Origin: Bacteroidales bacterium
GTDB lineage: Bacteria > Bacteroidota > Bacteroidia > Bacteroidales > JAADJA01
Length of the DNA: 64,000 bases
Reading direction: 5' to 3'
Assembly: GCA_041393275.1 (NCBI GenBank)
Contig: JAWKKL010000002.1
Location: 13,817-77,816 of the forward strand
Below, in pieces: positions 1 through 10,387 of the stretch. A model generated the notes under the pieces. That model searched no databases and was not told the DNA's origin. It saw only the letters and a program-made list of their open reading frames with translations. A program made the position numbers and the translations under genes. Each line of letters begins with the position of its first letter. The first letter of the stretch is position 1.

Positions 1-14
1 ATCTTATCCTTGTT

Positions 15-381
15 TTACAGCACTTCTGGTGCTAATGAAACAATCTTCATATATTGTTTTTCTCTTAATTCCCTGGCTACCGGTCCGAATATCCGGGTAC
101 CGATCATTTCGCCACCGGCATTCAACAAAACAACAGCGTTGTCGTCGAACCTGATATATGTTCCATCGGGTCTTCTTCTTTCTTTTCGTGTTCTGACCAC
201 CACTGCTTTTGTAACAGTTCCTTTTTTTATGCTGCTCGATGGAATTGTATTTTTAACAGAGACGACAATTTTATCACCAATTGTAGCGTATCGTTTTTGT
301 TCCACCCAAAACCCGGATGCAAAGTACCTCTTTTGCCCCGCTATTATCTGCAACAGCCAGCCTTGATTCTTGTTGTACCAT
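15..381 (-). CDS. rplN: 50S ribosomal protein L14 (reading frame broken once as sequenced)
   Basis: The minus-strand ATG at 381-379 gives [29 protein letters not shown]. The frame then changes at a T5 run (294-298, A5 on the coding strand) into tracked ORF 15..353 ([15 protein letters not shown]...[23 protein letters not shown]). The start overlaps the rpsQ stop as TAATG. Confidence 0.9.
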
Positions 382-637
382 TATTTAGCCCTTTCAATAA
401 TTTCAACTAATCTCCAACATTTATTTTTACTCAATGGTCTTGTTTCCATGATTCTGACTGTATCGCCTTCGTTGCAGTCATTTTTTCATCATGGGCAACA
501 AACTTGGTTGTTTTCTTAACAAACTTCCCGTAAATGGGATGTTTTTCCTTTCTTTCAACCATCACCAAGATAGATTTTTCCATCTTGTTACTCACAACAA
601 GTCCGACTCTTTCTTTCCTAATTTTTCTGGTTTCCAT
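381..637 (-). CDS. rpsQ: 30S ribosomal protein S17 (reading frame broken once as sequenced)
   Basis: ORF 431..637 is the S17 N-terminus ([39 protein letters not shown]). After a T6 run at 481-486 the adjacent frame reads [33 protein letters not shown], ending at TAA 383-381. Confidence 0.9.
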
Positions 638-853
638 TTATTTAATACTTGTTTGTTTAAGTTCTTCAAGCTCTCTTTTGCGCAATTCTGTTTTCAGCCT
701 TGCGATTGTTTTCCTGTAAGCTTTAATTTTATTTGGATTTTCTAACGGAGAAACTGCATGATTAATCTTAAGTTTAATCAGTTGTTTCGTTTCGTCGTCC
801 AGTCTTTCTTTCAGGTCGGCTGTCGATAATTCTCGGATTACATCTTGTTCCAT
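638..853 (-). CDS. rpmC: 50S ribosomal protein L29
   Basis: Intact 71-aa ORF in the conserved position between L16 and S17, with typical L29 sequence (LSTADLKERLDDETKQLIKLKINHAVSPLENPNKIKAYRKTIARLKT). Confidence 0.9.
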   Translation of the reverse strand: MEQDVIRELSTADLKERLDDETKQLIKLKINHAVSPLENPNKIKAYRKTIARLKTELRKRELEELKQTSIK

Positions 854-866
854 CGCTTACTGTTTT

Positions 867-1289
867 TTATTCTTCAACATAGTCTCGCTTTACAACGAAT
901 TTTGTTTTTACCGGAAGTTTCTGGGCGGCAAGCCTCATCGCTTCTTTGGCAACTTCAAGTGGTACCCCTCCCGATTCAAATAACATCCTTCCCGGATTTA
1001 CCCTGGCAACAAACATTTCTGGCGCTCCTTTTCCTTTACCCATACGTACCTCAGCAGGTTTTTTTGTAATGGGTTTGTCGGGAAATATCCTGATCCACAA
1101 CTGGCCTTCACGTTTCATGTGCCTGGTAACAGCCTGACGGGCAGCCTCAATCTGACGACCTGTTAGCCACGCGAACTCTAGTGATTTGATTCCAAAGGAT
1201 CCAAATGCCAGCTCATGACCGCGGTTGGCATTCCCTTTCATTCTGCCTTTCTGCTGTTTCCTGTATTTCGTTTTCTTTGGCTGTAACAT
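867..1289 (-). CDS. rplP: 50S ribosomal protein L16
   Basis: Intact 140-aa ORF starting [19 protein letters not shown], with [10 protein letters not shown] and EVRMGKGKG motifs. Confidence 0.95.
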   Translation of the reverse strand: MLQPKKTKYRKQQKGRMKGNANRGHELAFGSFGIKSLEFAWLTGRQIEAARQAVTRHMKREGQLWIRIFPDKPITKKPAEVRMGKGKGAPEMFVARVNPGRMLFESGGVPLEVAKEAMRLAAQKLPVKTKFVVKRDYVEE

Positions 1290-1316
1290 TGTATATTTAC
1301 TTGTTAAATTATTCTA

Positions 1317-2027
1317 TTATCTTCTTCTTCTGGCTTTTCCCCTACCAGCACCCGGCATAATTTTCTTTTTCTCCTGTGCAAAATGTGCTGTAAGATCGGG
1401 TTTTCCATAAATTTCGCCTTTACAAATCCACACTTTTACACCTATTCTACCATAGGTTGTATGGGCTTCTACAAGGGCATAATCGATATCTGCACGTAAA
1501 GTGTGTAAGGGAATACGGCCTTCTTTATAAATTTCACTGCGTGCCATTTCAGCACCACCAAGACGACCCGAGATAGAAACTTTAATGCCTTCTGCACCAA
1601 TTCTCATGGTTGAAGCGATGGAAGTTTTGATGGCTCTTCTGTATGAAACCCTGCCTTCAATTTGTTTAGCAATTGTAGTAGCAACAATCACAGCATCAAG
1701 TTCAGGCCTTTTGATCTCCGAAATATTAATTTGGATTTCTTTGCCTGTAAGCTTTTTTAATTCCTCTTTTAACTTGTCAACTTCCTGTCCGCCTTTACCA
1801 ATAATAATACCCGGACGTGCAGTAAAAATAGTTACCGTAACAAGTTTCAGCGTACGCTCGATTAAAATTTTTGAGATACCGGCTTTTGATAACCTGGCAT
1901 TAAGATAACGCCTGATTTGATCGTCTTCAACAATCTTCAGAGCATATTTATTGCCACCGTACCAACTGGAATCCCATCCTTTGATGATTCCCAAACGTAA
2001 GCCTATCGGATTTGCTTTTTGTCCCAT
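1317..2027 (-). CDS. rpsC: 30S ribosomal protein S3
   Basis: Intact 236-aa ORF starting [14 protein letters not shown], with KH-domain region [15 protein letters not shown]. Confidence 0.95.
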   Translation of the reverse strand: MGQKANPIGLRLGIIKGWDSSWYGGNKYALKIVEDDQIRRYLNARLSKAGISKILIERTLKLVTVTIFTARPGIIIGKGGQEVDKLKEELKKLTGKEIQINISEIKRPELDAVIVATTIAKQIEGRVSYRRAIKTSIASTMRIGAEGIKVSISGRLGGAEMARSEIYKEGRIPLHTLRADIDYALVEAHTTYGRIGVKVWICKGEIYGKPDLTAHFAQEKKKIMPGAGRGKARRRR

Positions 2028-2035
2028 TGTATTCC

Positions 2036-2452
2036 TTATTCTTTATTGTCTAAAATTTCATTTTTATCATCCACAATAATTGTCACGTGGTTCGACCGTT
2101 TACGAATCCTGTATGCCCTTCCCTGAGGTGCCGTAGATATTCTTTTTAACATCCGGGCACTATCAACCGAAATTTCTTTTACATACAAGTTGGCATCTTC
2201 AATTCTAACACCTTCGTTTTTTGCCTGCCAGTTGGCTACTGCAGATAGTAATAATTTATGTAAGCGAGCTGATGCCTGCATGGGCGAATGCTTTAAAATA
2301 TGCAAGGCTTTTTCAACTTCTACCCCACGCACCAAACCGGCTGATAATCTCATCTTCCGAGGTGAAGTTGGGCAATTATTTAACCTGGCAAAAGCAATGC
2401 TCTTTTTTGCCTTTTTTGCTGCTTCAGCTGATTGTCTTTTTCTGGATCCCAT
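2036..2452 (-). CDS. rplV: 50S ribosomal protein L22
   Basis: Intact 138-aa ORF in operon position, containing SPRKMRL and [15 protein letters not shown]. Confidence 0.9.
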   Translation of the reverse strand: MGSRKRQSAEAAKKAKKSIAFARLNNCPTSPRKMRLSAGLVRGVEVEKALHILKHSPMQASARLHKLLLSAVANWQAKNEGVRIEDANLYVKEISVDSARMLKRISTAPQGRAYRIRKRSNHVTIIVDDKNEILDNKE

Positions 2453-2483
2453 TTTTGTTTAATTCAAATAGTTTAAACAACTG

Positions 2484-2765
2484 TTATTTTTTTCCTTTAT
2501 CTTTTTTCTGGCCGGCATGTCCACGAAATATACGTGTAGGAGCAAATTCTCCGAGTTTGTGTCCTACCATATTTTCAGTAATGTATACAGGGATAAATTT
2601 GTTCCCGTTATGGACAGCAATAGTTTGCCCGACAAAATCAGGTGAAATCATTGACGCCCTTGACCAGGTCTTGATCACAGTTTTCTTGTTGGATTCAATA
2701 TTCTGATAAACACGCTTTTCAAGCTTGTAATGTATATATGGTCCTTTTTTTAACGAACGGCTCAT
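2484..2765 (-). CDS. rpsS: 30S ribosomal protein S19
   Basis: Intact 93-aa ORF starting [11 protein letters not shown], with [33 protein letters not shown]. Confidence 0.95.
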   Translation of the reverse strand: MSRSLKKGPYIHYKLEKRVYQNIESNKKTVIKTWSRASMISPDFVGQTIAVHNGNKFIPVYITENMVGHKLGEFAPTRIFRGHAGQKKDKGKK

Positions 2766-2771
2766 AACCTA

Positions 2772-3596
2772 TTATTTTTTCTTTCTGTCAATAATATATT
2801 TATTAGAAGCTTTCTTTTTCGACCGGGTTTTAAACCCTTTGGCCGGTAAGCCCTTTCTCGACCGCGGATGGCCACCAGATGATCTGCCTTCGCCACCGCC
2901 CATTGGATGATCAACCGGATTCATCACAACCCCTCTTGTCCTGGGCCTGCGTCCTAACCATCGGCTTCTTCCAGCTTTACCTGATGTTTCAAGGCTGTGA
3001 TCTGGATTCGAAACCATACCTACGGTTGCTTTACAGGTTTGAAGAATCATGCGGGTTTCGCCTGAGGGAAGTTTAATGATAGCAAACTTTCCTTCGCGAG
3101 ATACCAGTTGGGCATACGATCCTGCGCTACGTGCCATTTTCCCACCCTGGCCAGGACGTAATTCAATGTTGTGGATAATGGTTCCAAACGGAATTTCTTT
3201 TAAATACATCGAATTTCCGATATCCGGGGATACGCCATTTCCAGAACTTACTTCCTGTCCGACCTTTAAACCATGAGGGGCAATGATATAACTTTTCTCC
3301 CCATCCTGGTAAGTGATCAAGGCGATACGTGCTGTCCGGTTCGGATCATATTCAATGGTCTTAACCTTTGCCGTCATGCCTTCTTTATCACGTTTAAAGT
3401 CAACAATTCTGTATTTTTGTTTATGACCACCACCTATGTAACGCATGGTCATTTTTCCTTCGTTGTTTCTACCTCCCGACCTCTTCTTCGGTGCAATTAA
3501 ACTCTTTTCCGGTGTGGAAGTAGTTATCTCATCAAACGCGCTAATTACTTTAAAGCGTTGACTGGATGTCGTCGGTTTGAATTTTTTTAAAGCCAT
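2772..3596 (-). CDS. rplB: 50S ribosomal protein L2
   Basis: Intact 274-aa ORF with [23 protein letters not shown] and [17 protein letters not shown]. Confidence 0.95.
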   Translation of the reverse strand: MALKKFKPTTSSQRFKVISAFDEITTSTPEKSLIAPKKRSGGRNNEGKMTMRYIGGGHKQKYRIVDFKRDKEGMTAKVKTIEYDPNRTARIALITYQDGEKSYIIAPHGLKVGQEVSSGNGVSPDIGNSMYLKEIPFGTIIHNIELRPGQGGKMARSAGSYAQLVSREGKFAIIKLPSGETRMILQTCKATVGMVSNPDHSLETSGKAGRSRWLGRRPRTRGVVMNPVDHPMGGGEGRSSGGHPRSRKGLPAKGFKTRSKKKASNKYIIDRKKK

Positions 3597-3601
3597 TTAT
3601 A

Positions 3602-3892
3602 TTAGATATTGCTGTAAAAATCAATAGTTTCACCTTCGGCTAATGTTACAATCGCCTTTTTGTATGAATTTGTCCGTCCAGAAATAAGCCCACCCTTTGT
3701 CGATCTGGACTTTTCTTTCCCTGAGAAATTCATAGTATTGACGGCTAATACATCAACACCGTAAAAATCCTCAACTGCATTTTTAATCTGGATTTTATTC
3801 GCTTTTTTATCCACAATAAATCCAAAGCGGTTGAGTTTTTCACCCATCTCCGTCATTTTTTCGGTTATTACTGGTTTAATTATGACATTCAT
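3602..3892 (-). CDS. rplW: 50S ribosomal protein L23
   Basis: Intact 96-aa ORF in operon position, with KPVITEKMT and AIVTLAEG motifs. Confidence 0.9.
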   Translation of the reverse strand: MNVIIKPVITEKMTEMGEKLNRFGFIVDKKANKIQIKNAVEDFYGVDVLAVNTMNFSGKEKSRSTKGGLISGRTNSYKKAIVTLAEGETIDFYSNI

Positions 3893-3904
3893 TTTTCAGT
3901 ATGT

Positions 3905-4537
3905 TTAATTTGCTGAATAAATCTTTTCAATTTCCTTTACTGAACTTTCCAATACCACAAGGTTAGTTGCATTCAAAATATCATAAGTGTTCAACGCATT
4001 GGCACTCACTATTTTTGTTTTTTGTAAATTCCTTGATGCCAGGTAAAGGTTCTCATCGTTTTGATTCAGGACAATTAGTATTTTTTTATCCTGAAGCTCA
4101 AGATTTTTTAACATTTCAACAAACCCTTTTGTTTTGGGAGAATCGAATGTAAAGTCTTCCAAAACAACAATGCCGTTGTCTTTTGCTTTGTAAGTCAAAG
4201 CAGATAACCTGGCCAGTTTTTTAAGTTTTTTATTTAATTTGAAATGATAATCTCTTGGCTTGGGTCCAAAAATGCGTCCGCCCCCTCTGAATAAAGGGTT
4301 ATTAATTCCACCAAAACGAGCTGTTCCCGTTCCTTTTTGCCTTTTGATTTTTCGGGTGCTTCCGGCAATTTCATTTCTTTCTTTGGCCTTGTGTGTTCCC
4401 TGGCGCCTGTTTGCCATGTGTTGCTTCACATCAAGATAAATGGCATGATCATTCGGTTCAATGCCAAATACATTATCATCCAGTTTTACTTTTTTGCTGG
4501 TCTTCTGGCCGCTGATATTATAGATTTCTAACTCCAT
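3905..4537 (-). CDS. rplD: 50S ribosomal protein L4
   Basis: Intact 210-aa ORF with [30 protein letters not shown]. Confidence 0.9.
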   Translation of the reverse strand: MELEIYNISGQKTSKKVKLDDNVFGIEPNDHAIYLDVKQHMANRRQGTHKAKERNEIAGSTRKIKRQKGTGTARFGGINNPLFRGGGRIFGPKPRDYHFKLNKKLKKLARLSALTYKAKDNGIVVLEDFTFDSPKTKGFVEMLKNLELQDKKILIVLNQNDENLYLASRNLQKTKIVSANALNTYDILNATNLVVLESSVKEIEKIYSAN

Positions 4538-5157
4538 CTTTCTAAAATTACATATGAACCATTAGGACCTGGTACAGCCCCTTTAACAACAACCAAATTT
4601 TGTTCTGGAAGGATTTTCATCACCTTAAGGTTGATAATTTTAACCCTTGAGTTTCCGGTTTGGCCGGCCATGCGCATTCCTTTGAATACACGTGATGGCC
4701 AGGAAGAAGCACCAATAGATCCGGGCGCCCTTAAACGGTTATGCTGACCGTGCGTTGCATCGTTCACACCTCTAAAATTATGACGTTTTACAACTCCCTG
4801 AAAACCTTTTCCTTTTGTTGTTCCCACTATATCAATATATTCCCCTTCAAAGAAAATGTCAGCTTTGATTTCATCGCCAAATTTCTTTGAGTGTTCTTTT
4901 TCGAACCTCGTAAATTCCCTAACAATTCTTTTAGGGGAAACACCTGCTTTTGCGTAATGACCTTTTTCTGCTTTTGTTGTATGCTTATCCTTTTTATCAT
5001 CAAAAGCAATTTGGATAGCCTCGTACCCGTCTTTTTCTTTGGTCTTTACCTGGGTAACGTAACAAGGCCCGGCTTCAATGACAGTACATGGTATATTTTT
5101 ACCATCCTGGTCAAAGATGCTGGTCATCCCTATTTTTTTTCCGATTATTCCTGACAT
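4528..5157 (-). CDS. rplC: 50S ribosomal protein L3
   Basis: Intact 209-aa ORF starting [15 protein letters not shown], with [13 protein letters not shown]. Confidence 0.95.
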   Translation of the reverse strand: MSGIIGKKIGMTSIFDQDGKNIPCTVIEAGPCYVTQVKTKEKDGYEAIQIAFDDKKDKHTTKAEKGHYAKAGVSPKRIVREFTRFEKEHSKKFGDEIKADIFFEGEYIDIVGTTKGKGFQGVVKRHNFRGVNDATHGQHNRLRAPGSIGASSWPSRVFKGMRMAGQTGNSRVKIINLKVMKILPEQNLVVVKGAVPGPNGSYVILERWS

Positions 5158-5201
5158 GTATTTATCGTTTTATCGTGTACTCAAAAATATTCAACTTACA
5201 A

Positions 5202-5507
5202 TTACACCTTAATTTCTACCTCAACACCACTCGGAAGCTCAAGCTTCATAAGGGCATCAATAGTTTTTGTTGTGGAGCTGTATATGTCGAGCAACCGTTT
5301 GTAAGAGCACAATTGAAATTGTTCGCGCGATTTTTTATTCACAAAAGTTGAACGGTTTACGGTAAAAATCCTTTTGTTTGTCGGTAAAGGAATCGGACCA
5401 CTAACTACAGCACCGGAGGCCTTAATTGTTTTAACGATCTTTTCGGCTGATTTATCAACCAGGTTATGATCGTATGACTTGAGTTTTATTCGTATTCTCT
5501 GACTCAC
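5202..5507 (-). CDS. rpsJ: 30S ribosomal protein S10
   Basis: Intact 101-aa ORF starting [14 protein letters not shown], with GPIPLPT. Confidence 0.95.
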   Translation of the reverse strand: MSQRIRIKLKSYDHNLVDKSAEKIVKTIKASGAVVSGPIPLPTNKRIFTVNRSTFVNKKSREQFQLCSYKRLLDIYSSTTKTIDALMKLELPSGVEVEIKV

Positions 5508-5522
5508 TTTAAATAAATTTAT

Positions 5523-7628
5523 TTAAACAGTAACCAAATATCCTTTTATTTTATACATTACACTTTCCATCACTTCTTTTGGAGCAACTGCATGATGTGA
5601 AAATTCTAAACTATAATTTGCCCTACCCGAACTCATGGTTCTCAAGGAAGTAATGTAGCCAAACATTTCGCCCAATGGCACTTTGGCCCTAACATTCTGA
5701 CGGCCGGCTTTAGATTCAACGTCTTCAACCTGGCCTCTGCGTTTATTTAAATCGCTTGTAATATCCCCAACATATTCATCTGGTGTAACAACTTCTAATT
5801 TCATTACAGGTTCTAGCAAAACCGGTCCGGCAAGTTTACACGCTTCCCTGAAGGCTTGAGCGGCAGCAGCTTTAAATGAAATCTCATCACTATCTACATT
5901 ATGATATGAACCATCAAGCAATCTCACCTTTAAGTTAAATAATGGAAAGCCTAATAAAACACCATTCGACATAGCTGATTCAAATCCCTTTTGCACAGCA
6001 GGTATATATTCTTTCGGGATGTTTCCACCCTTTACATCATTAATAAATTCGAGTCCTTTTACACCATCATCAGCCGGACCAACTTCCACAACAATCTCAG
6101 CATATTTGCCTTTACCTCCGCTTTGTTTTTTATAAACAACTCTGTGGTTGATGGTAGTGGCAATGGCTTCTTTGTAGGCAACCGAAGGTGTGCCCCGGTT
6201 ACAGGCAATATTAAATTCGCGATACAGTCTGTCAAGGATTACATCAAGATGAAGTTCACCCATACCACTTATAATGGTCTGCCCTGAATCAGGGTCGAGA
6301 TTTACGGTAAACGTTGGATCTTCTTCGGCCATTTTTTCTAATGAAACCTGAAGTTTTTCCACATCATCCTGGGTTTTTGGTTCCACGGCCATTTTAATAA
6401 CGGGCTCAGGGAAACTCATGGTTTCAAGCACGATAGGGTGTTGAGGCGAACAAAGTGTATCTCCGGTCCGTATTTGTTTAAATCCAACGGCTGCGCCAAT
6501 ATCACCGGCATGGATAGTTTTAATGGATTTTTGCTTGTTTGCATGAACCTGCATCAACTTCATGATCCGCTCCTTTTTATCGGTGTTGGCATTTAGAATT
6601 TGCTGCCCTGCATCCATTGTACCCGAGTAAACCCTGAAATAAGCCACTCTTCCAACAAAAGGATCGGTGGTAATTTTAAATGCCAAAGCGGCAAACGGAT
6701 CATTTTCATCAGGATGCCGTTCTTCTTCTTTTTGTGTAAACGGGTTGATTCCTTTGATTGCAGGAACATCCACAGGGCATGGCAGATAATCAACCACTGC
6801 ATCCAGCAAAAGCTGAACGCCCTTATTTTTAAAAGATGACCCGCACAATACGGGCATTGCCCTTAATTCAAGCGTTGCTTTGCGAAGGGATAAAATAATA
6901 TCTTCAGATGAAACGGACTCTGGATTTTCGATATATTTCGAGAATAATTCTTCGCTATCCTCTGCTGCGCCTTCAATTAATTTCTTTCTGTATAGCTCAA
7001 CCTGATCTTTGATATCCGAAGGTATCGGAATTTCAAAATAATTCATTCCCAGAGTGGAATCATCCCAACTGTATGCTTTGTTGGCAATTAAGTCAACAAT
7101 TCCTTCAAAATCATCTTCAGCCCCAATTGGAAGTTGAATAGGAATAGGGTTTGCTCCGAGTTTTTCTCTTATTTCTGTAATGACCTTAAAAAAGTCAGCC
7201 CCGGCTCTGTCCATTTTATTAACGTAACAAATCCTGGGAACATGATACCTGTCGGCCTGTGTCCAAACGGTTTCGGATTGAGGTTCAACACCACCCACTG
7301 CACAAAAAATAGCAATGGAGCCATCAAGAACCCTTAATGATCTTTCTACTTCAACAGTAAAATCAACATGGCCGGGAGTATCAATAATATTAATCCTGTA
7401 ATTATCTCCTTTCTGTTTCCAGAAAACCGTTGTGGCTGCAGAGGTAATTGTGATTCCTCGTTCCTGTTCCTGAACCATCCAATCCATAGTGGCTGCGCCA
7501 TCATGGACTTCACCAATGCGGTGATTTATTCCTGTATAATACAAAATCCGCTCTGTCGTCGTGGTTTTACCCGCGTCGATGTGAGCCATGATGCCGATGT
7601 TTCGCGTATATGTTAAATAGTCGGACAT
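5523..7628 (-). CDS. fusA: Translation elongation factor G
   Basis: Intact 701-aa ORF with GTPase motifs [20 protein letters not shown] and NKMD. Confidence 0.97.
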   Translation of the reverse strand: MSDYLTYTRNIGIMAHIDAGKTTTTERILYYTGINHRIGEVHDGAATMDWMVQEQERGITITSAATTVFWKQKGDNYRINIIDTPGHVDFTVEVERSLRVLDGSIAIFCAVGGVEPQSETVWTQADRYHVPRICYVNKMDRAGADFFKVITEIREKLGANPIPIQLPIGAEDDFEGIVDLIANKAYSWDDSTLGMNYFEIPIPSDIKDQVELYRKKLIEGAAEDSEELFSKYIENPESVSSEDIILSLRKATLELRAMPVLCGSSFKNKGVQLLLDAVVDYLPCPVDVPAIKGINPFTQKEEERHPDENDPFAALAFKITTDPFVGRVAYFRVYSGTMDAGQQILNANTDKKERIMKLMQVHANKQKSIKTIHAGDIGAAVGFKQIRTGDTLCSPQHPIVLETMSFPEPVIKMAVEPKTQDDVEKLQVSLEKMAEEDPTFTVNLDPDSGQTIISGMGELHLDVILDRLYREFNIACNRGTPSVAYKEAIATTINHRVVYKKQSGGKGKYAEIVVEVGPADDGVKGLEFINDVKGGNIPKEYIPAVQKGFESAMSNGVLLGFPLFNLKVRLLDGSYHNVDSDEISFKAAAAQAFREACKLAGPVLLEPVMKLEVVTPDEYVGDITSDLNKRRGQVEDVESKAGRQNVRAKVPLGEMFGYITSLRTMSSGRANYSLEFSHHAVAPKEVMESVMYKIKGYLVTV

Positions 7629-7662
7629 GAATTTCGTATTCTTTATTCTATAGTATTATATA

Positions 7663-8130
7663 TTAAAATCTAAAATGAGAGAACGCTTTGTTAGCTTCTG
7701 CCATTCTGTGAGTATCTTCTTTTCTTTTAAACGCATTTCCTTCATCTTTAACCGCGGCCAGAATTTCGCCGGCAAGTTTTTGGGCCATTGATTTTTCGTG
7801 ACGTTTACGCGAAAAGCCAATAAGGTTTTTCATCCCGATTGACATTTTGCGGCTGGGCCTGATCTCTGATGGTATCTGGAAAGTTGCTCCTCCAATACGG
7901 CGGCTTCTAACTTCAACTGCCGGAGTAACATTTGCCAATCCTTTTTTCCAAACTTCTACCGGGTCTTCACCTGATTTCTCAGCAACGATATCCATGGCAT
8001 CATAAAATATATTGTATGCAATGCTTTTTTTGCCCTGATACATAAGGTTATTTACGAATTTAGTAACCAATGTATCATTGAACTTTGGGTCGGGAAGTAT
8101 GATCCGTTTTTTTGGCTTCGATTTCCTCAT
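7663..8130 (-). CDS. rpsG: 30S ribosomal protein S7
   Basis: Intact 155-aa ORF with [16 protein letters not shown] and a C-terminal AFSHFRF. Confidence 0.95.
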   Translation of the reverse strand: MRKSKPKKRIILPDPKFNDTLVTKFVNNLMYQGKKSIAYNIFYDAMDIVAEKSGEDPVEVWKKGLANVTPAVEVRSRRIGGATFQIPSEIRPSRKMSIGMKNLIGFSRKRHEKSMAQKLAGEILAAVKDEGNAFKRKEDTHRMAEANKAFSHFRF

Positions 8131-8162
8131 TTTATCGTATAATTAATTCCTTAATATCGTTA

Positions 8163-8537
8163 TTATTTCTTTGGTCTTTTGGTTCCATATTTTGAACGTC
8201 TTTGGGTTCTGCCCTCAACACCGGAAGTATCCAATGCGCCTCTGATAATATGGTATCTTACGCCGGGAAGGTCTTTAACCCTGCCACCCCTGATCAATAC
8301 GATAGAGTGCTCCTGGAGATTGTGGCCTTCGCCCGGAATATAAGCATTCACCTCTTTTTGGTTTGTCAACCTTACCCTTGCAACCTTACGCATTGCTGAA
8401 TTAGGCTTCTTTGGGGTTGTGGTGTAAACCCTAACGCAAACACCCCTGCGCTGCGGACATGAATCCAGTGCCGGGGATTTACTTTTGTCAGTAAGTTTTT
8501 TTCTACCTTTTCTAACTAATTGTTGTATTGTAGGCAT
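8163..8537 (-). CDS. rpsL: 30S ribosomal protein S12
   Basis: Intact 124-aa ORF starting [12 protein letters not shown], with [16 protein letters not shown]. Confidence 0.97.
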   Translation of the reverse strand: MPTIQQLVRKGRKKLTDKSKSPALDSCPQRRGVCVRVYTTTPKKPNSAMRKVARVRLTNQKEVNAYIPGEGHNLQEHSIVLIRGGRVKDLPGVRYHIIRGALDTSGVEGRTQRRSKYGTKRPKK

Positions 8538-8788
8538 ATTATAAAAGTTAATTCATTCAAACCTCAAACGAGGAGAAATTTATTCAAAACTGATCAATGT
8601 ATTGTTAAAATGAATTTCGGGAATACTAATAAGGCGAGCCTTTCTGAAGACGAACCTGATATCTTATGTCGCTGAACGATTTCGTTTTTTGACTCAGGTC
8701 GGAACCTTTTACCGTCTTATTTTGTCAGGATTCCGAAATTCTACTTAAAATCAATAAATTATAAACTGAACGTCGCTTAAAGCGGGTG

Positions 8789-8818
8789 CAAAAGTAAGAA
8801 TAATTTATTAAAAACAAA
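8789..8818 (-). promoter_or_regulatory. Candidate Bacteroidota promoter of the rpsL operon
   Basis: On the minus strand, TACTTTTG (8796-8789) matches the -7 consensus TAnnTTTG. TTTG (8818-8815) lies 18 nt upstream as a -33 element. No closer TAnnTTTG box was found before the rpsL ATG. Confidence 0.4.
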
Positions 8819-8868
8819 CTTTTTATTCATTTTTTATTAATTATTTTAGATCATCTCTTTTAAATGCT

Positions 8869-8897
8869 AAAAAGCCCCCTCATTATTAAATGAAAGG
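8869..8897 (-). terminator. Candidate intrinsic terminator after the T9SS tandem-domain gene
   Basis: On the minus strand, an 8-bp stem (CCUUUCAU / AUGAGGGG, 2 G-U pairs) with a 6-nt loop is followed by GCUUUUU. Confidence 0.45.
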
Positions 8898-8928
8898 ACT
8901 CTTTATTTCATTGATTTTATAACCCCTT

Positions 8929-10368
8929 TTATCTTTTAATGAACTTATGTCGTCTTATTATATTTTTATCATCACTTATTTCAAGGATGTAAACTCCCGG
9001 AATTAACTTTGAAGTATTTACGCTTAGTGAAGTTTTATTCAAACCCTCACCAAATATTAATGAACTACCATGAAGCGAAAAGATTCGGTAAGCCTTAATT
9101 GGTGAATAAGATTTTATTTGGAAAGTATTTATTACCGGATTCGGGAAGATAGATAATCCAACTACTTTCTCTGAAATGATTGATGTGGATGTATATATTG
9201 GAACAACGAAATCAATGCAACCACCCGTCAAATCAAAATCTTTGGCTTCTCCCAATGTCCAGCCTCCTCCGTTAAAAACACAATTAATTGCATTCACCAC
9301 CGAACCTGCAGGAAATCCGTAAAAATCAACAGGCGTAAAAGTTATGGACCAGGTTGAATCGCCATTGTTTATCAATTTCGGCACCTGCCCGTTCATTGCG
9401 CTTCCATCGAAGCTAACCGTGTATTGCCAGGCTTCTCCAGCAATTGTAACCCCAGAGTGCATCATCACCGAATCGGGGTCAAACAATCCGCCATTGGGAC
9501 AGGAAAGTTTTGTATCAAGGGTTAGTGTTAACTCATCGTAAGCCGTTGCATAAGGAGGTTCAATAGTGATTGCCTGGGGAAGGATCAAAGCCGTATCTTC
9601 TACGGTAAATCCATCTTGTAGTGTTAAAAGGTTATCTTCATCATTTTCAACTTTTACATCCCAGATGCCTATATTTGCCTCTGCAGGTATGGATAGTATC
9701 GCCGAAATTAATGTATCATTAACGGCAAAAACAGAAGTGAATTCAATCACCTCTGCCCCATTCTCAATCCAGCCGCTTGTGGGCGAACTTTGAAAATGGG
9801 TATTCAGGCCGAAAACCTGGACACTCACATCATCACCTATATCGCCATGATCTGGAACAATGGAATGCAAAAATGGATCGCCCGGCGGTGAACCTGGATT
9901 TATGGGGATAAAAAAGTCGGCGCAATTTGTGCCACCTGATTGAAAATCCCTGGCATCTTGTGTCCAGTTAGTTCCGTTATTAAAAACGGCACATATCTGA
10001 GTTACTGTTTCATTTGGCATTATTCCATAAAAATCTGCCGGAATATAGGTGATGGCATAAACACCCTCCGAAACAAAATTCAGGACAGGCGACTGCCCAT
10101 TGGCGCCGGTTCCGTTAAAATCAACAACTTTTTGCCAAGCGTTACCATTGACGGTTATACCCGAATGAATGGCGACATAAGCTGCGCCCAACAAACTACC
10201 GTTTTCATAACAAGCCTCATCAAGAGTTAGGGTCAGGGTAATTTCGTCATAAACCGTTGCATTTACCGGTTGAATTTCAATGGCGGCAGGCATTTGGGCA
10301 ATCAATGCAGAGTTTCCGAGAACCAATAAAAGTGCAAATAAAATTGAAAAATGTATTCGTTTTTTCAT
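8929..10368 (-). CDS. Secreted T9SS-sorted protein with two copies of a ~115-aa module flanking an Ig/IPT-like domain; putative glycan-binding partner of the amylase
   Basis: Has a signal peptide (MKKRIHFSILFALLLVLGNSALIAQ). An internal duplication is visible (IEIQPVNATVYDEITLTL..HSGITVNGNAWQ..DFYG..VFNNGTNW..ARDF versus ITIEPPYATAYDELTLTL..HSGVTIAGEAWQ..DFYG..VFNGGGW..AKDF). The C-terminus has a T9SS type-A sorting pattern (FPNPV..GVYILEI). It lies 19 nt downstream of the amylase on the same strand. Confidence 0.7.
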   Translation of the reverse strand: MKKRIHFSILFALLLVLGNSALIAQMPAAIEIQPVNATVYDEITLTLTLDEACYENGSLLGAAYVAIHSGITVNGNAWQKVVDFNGTGANGQSPVLNFVSEGVYAITYIPADFYGIMPNETVTQICAVFNNGTNWTQDARDFQSGGTNCADFFIPINPGSPPGDPFLHSIVPDHGDIGDDVSVQVFGLNTHFQSSPTSGWIENGAEVIEFTSVFAVNDTLISAILSIPAEANIGIWDVKVENDEDNLLTLQDGFTVEDTALILPQAITIEPPYATAYDELTLTLDTKLSCPNGGLFDPDSVMMHSGVTIAGEAWQYTVSFDGSAMNGQVPKLINNGDSTWSITFTPVDFYGFPAGSVVNAINCVFNGGGWTLGEAKDFDLTGGCIDFVVPIYTSTSIISEKVVGLSIFPNPVINTFQIKSYSPIKAYRIFSLHGSSLIFGEGLNKTSLSVNTSKLIPGVYILEISDDKNIIRRHKFIKR

Positions 10369-10387
10369 ATTGAATAATGTTAATCAG

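Noticed and set aside
274-486. Programmed frameshifting or poly(A) transcriptional slippage as an explanation of the rplN/rpsQ breaks
   Set aside because: The runs are only 5-6 nt with no slippery heptamer or stimulatory structure. Elsewhere in the window the indels include insertions and non-homopolymer sites, so sequence error is the more economical explanation.
5508-5522. Absence of tuf between fusA and rpsJ
   Set aside because: This is the usual arrangement in Bacteroidota (tuf is located elsewhere), not a deletion.
10-8399. Many 60-160-aa ORFs antisense to, or out of frame with, the ribosomal protein and fusA genes (for example 10..366 +, 2221..2706 +, 5991..6287 +)
   Set aside because: These are shadow ORFs inside unmistakable highly conserved genes, with low-complexity translations.
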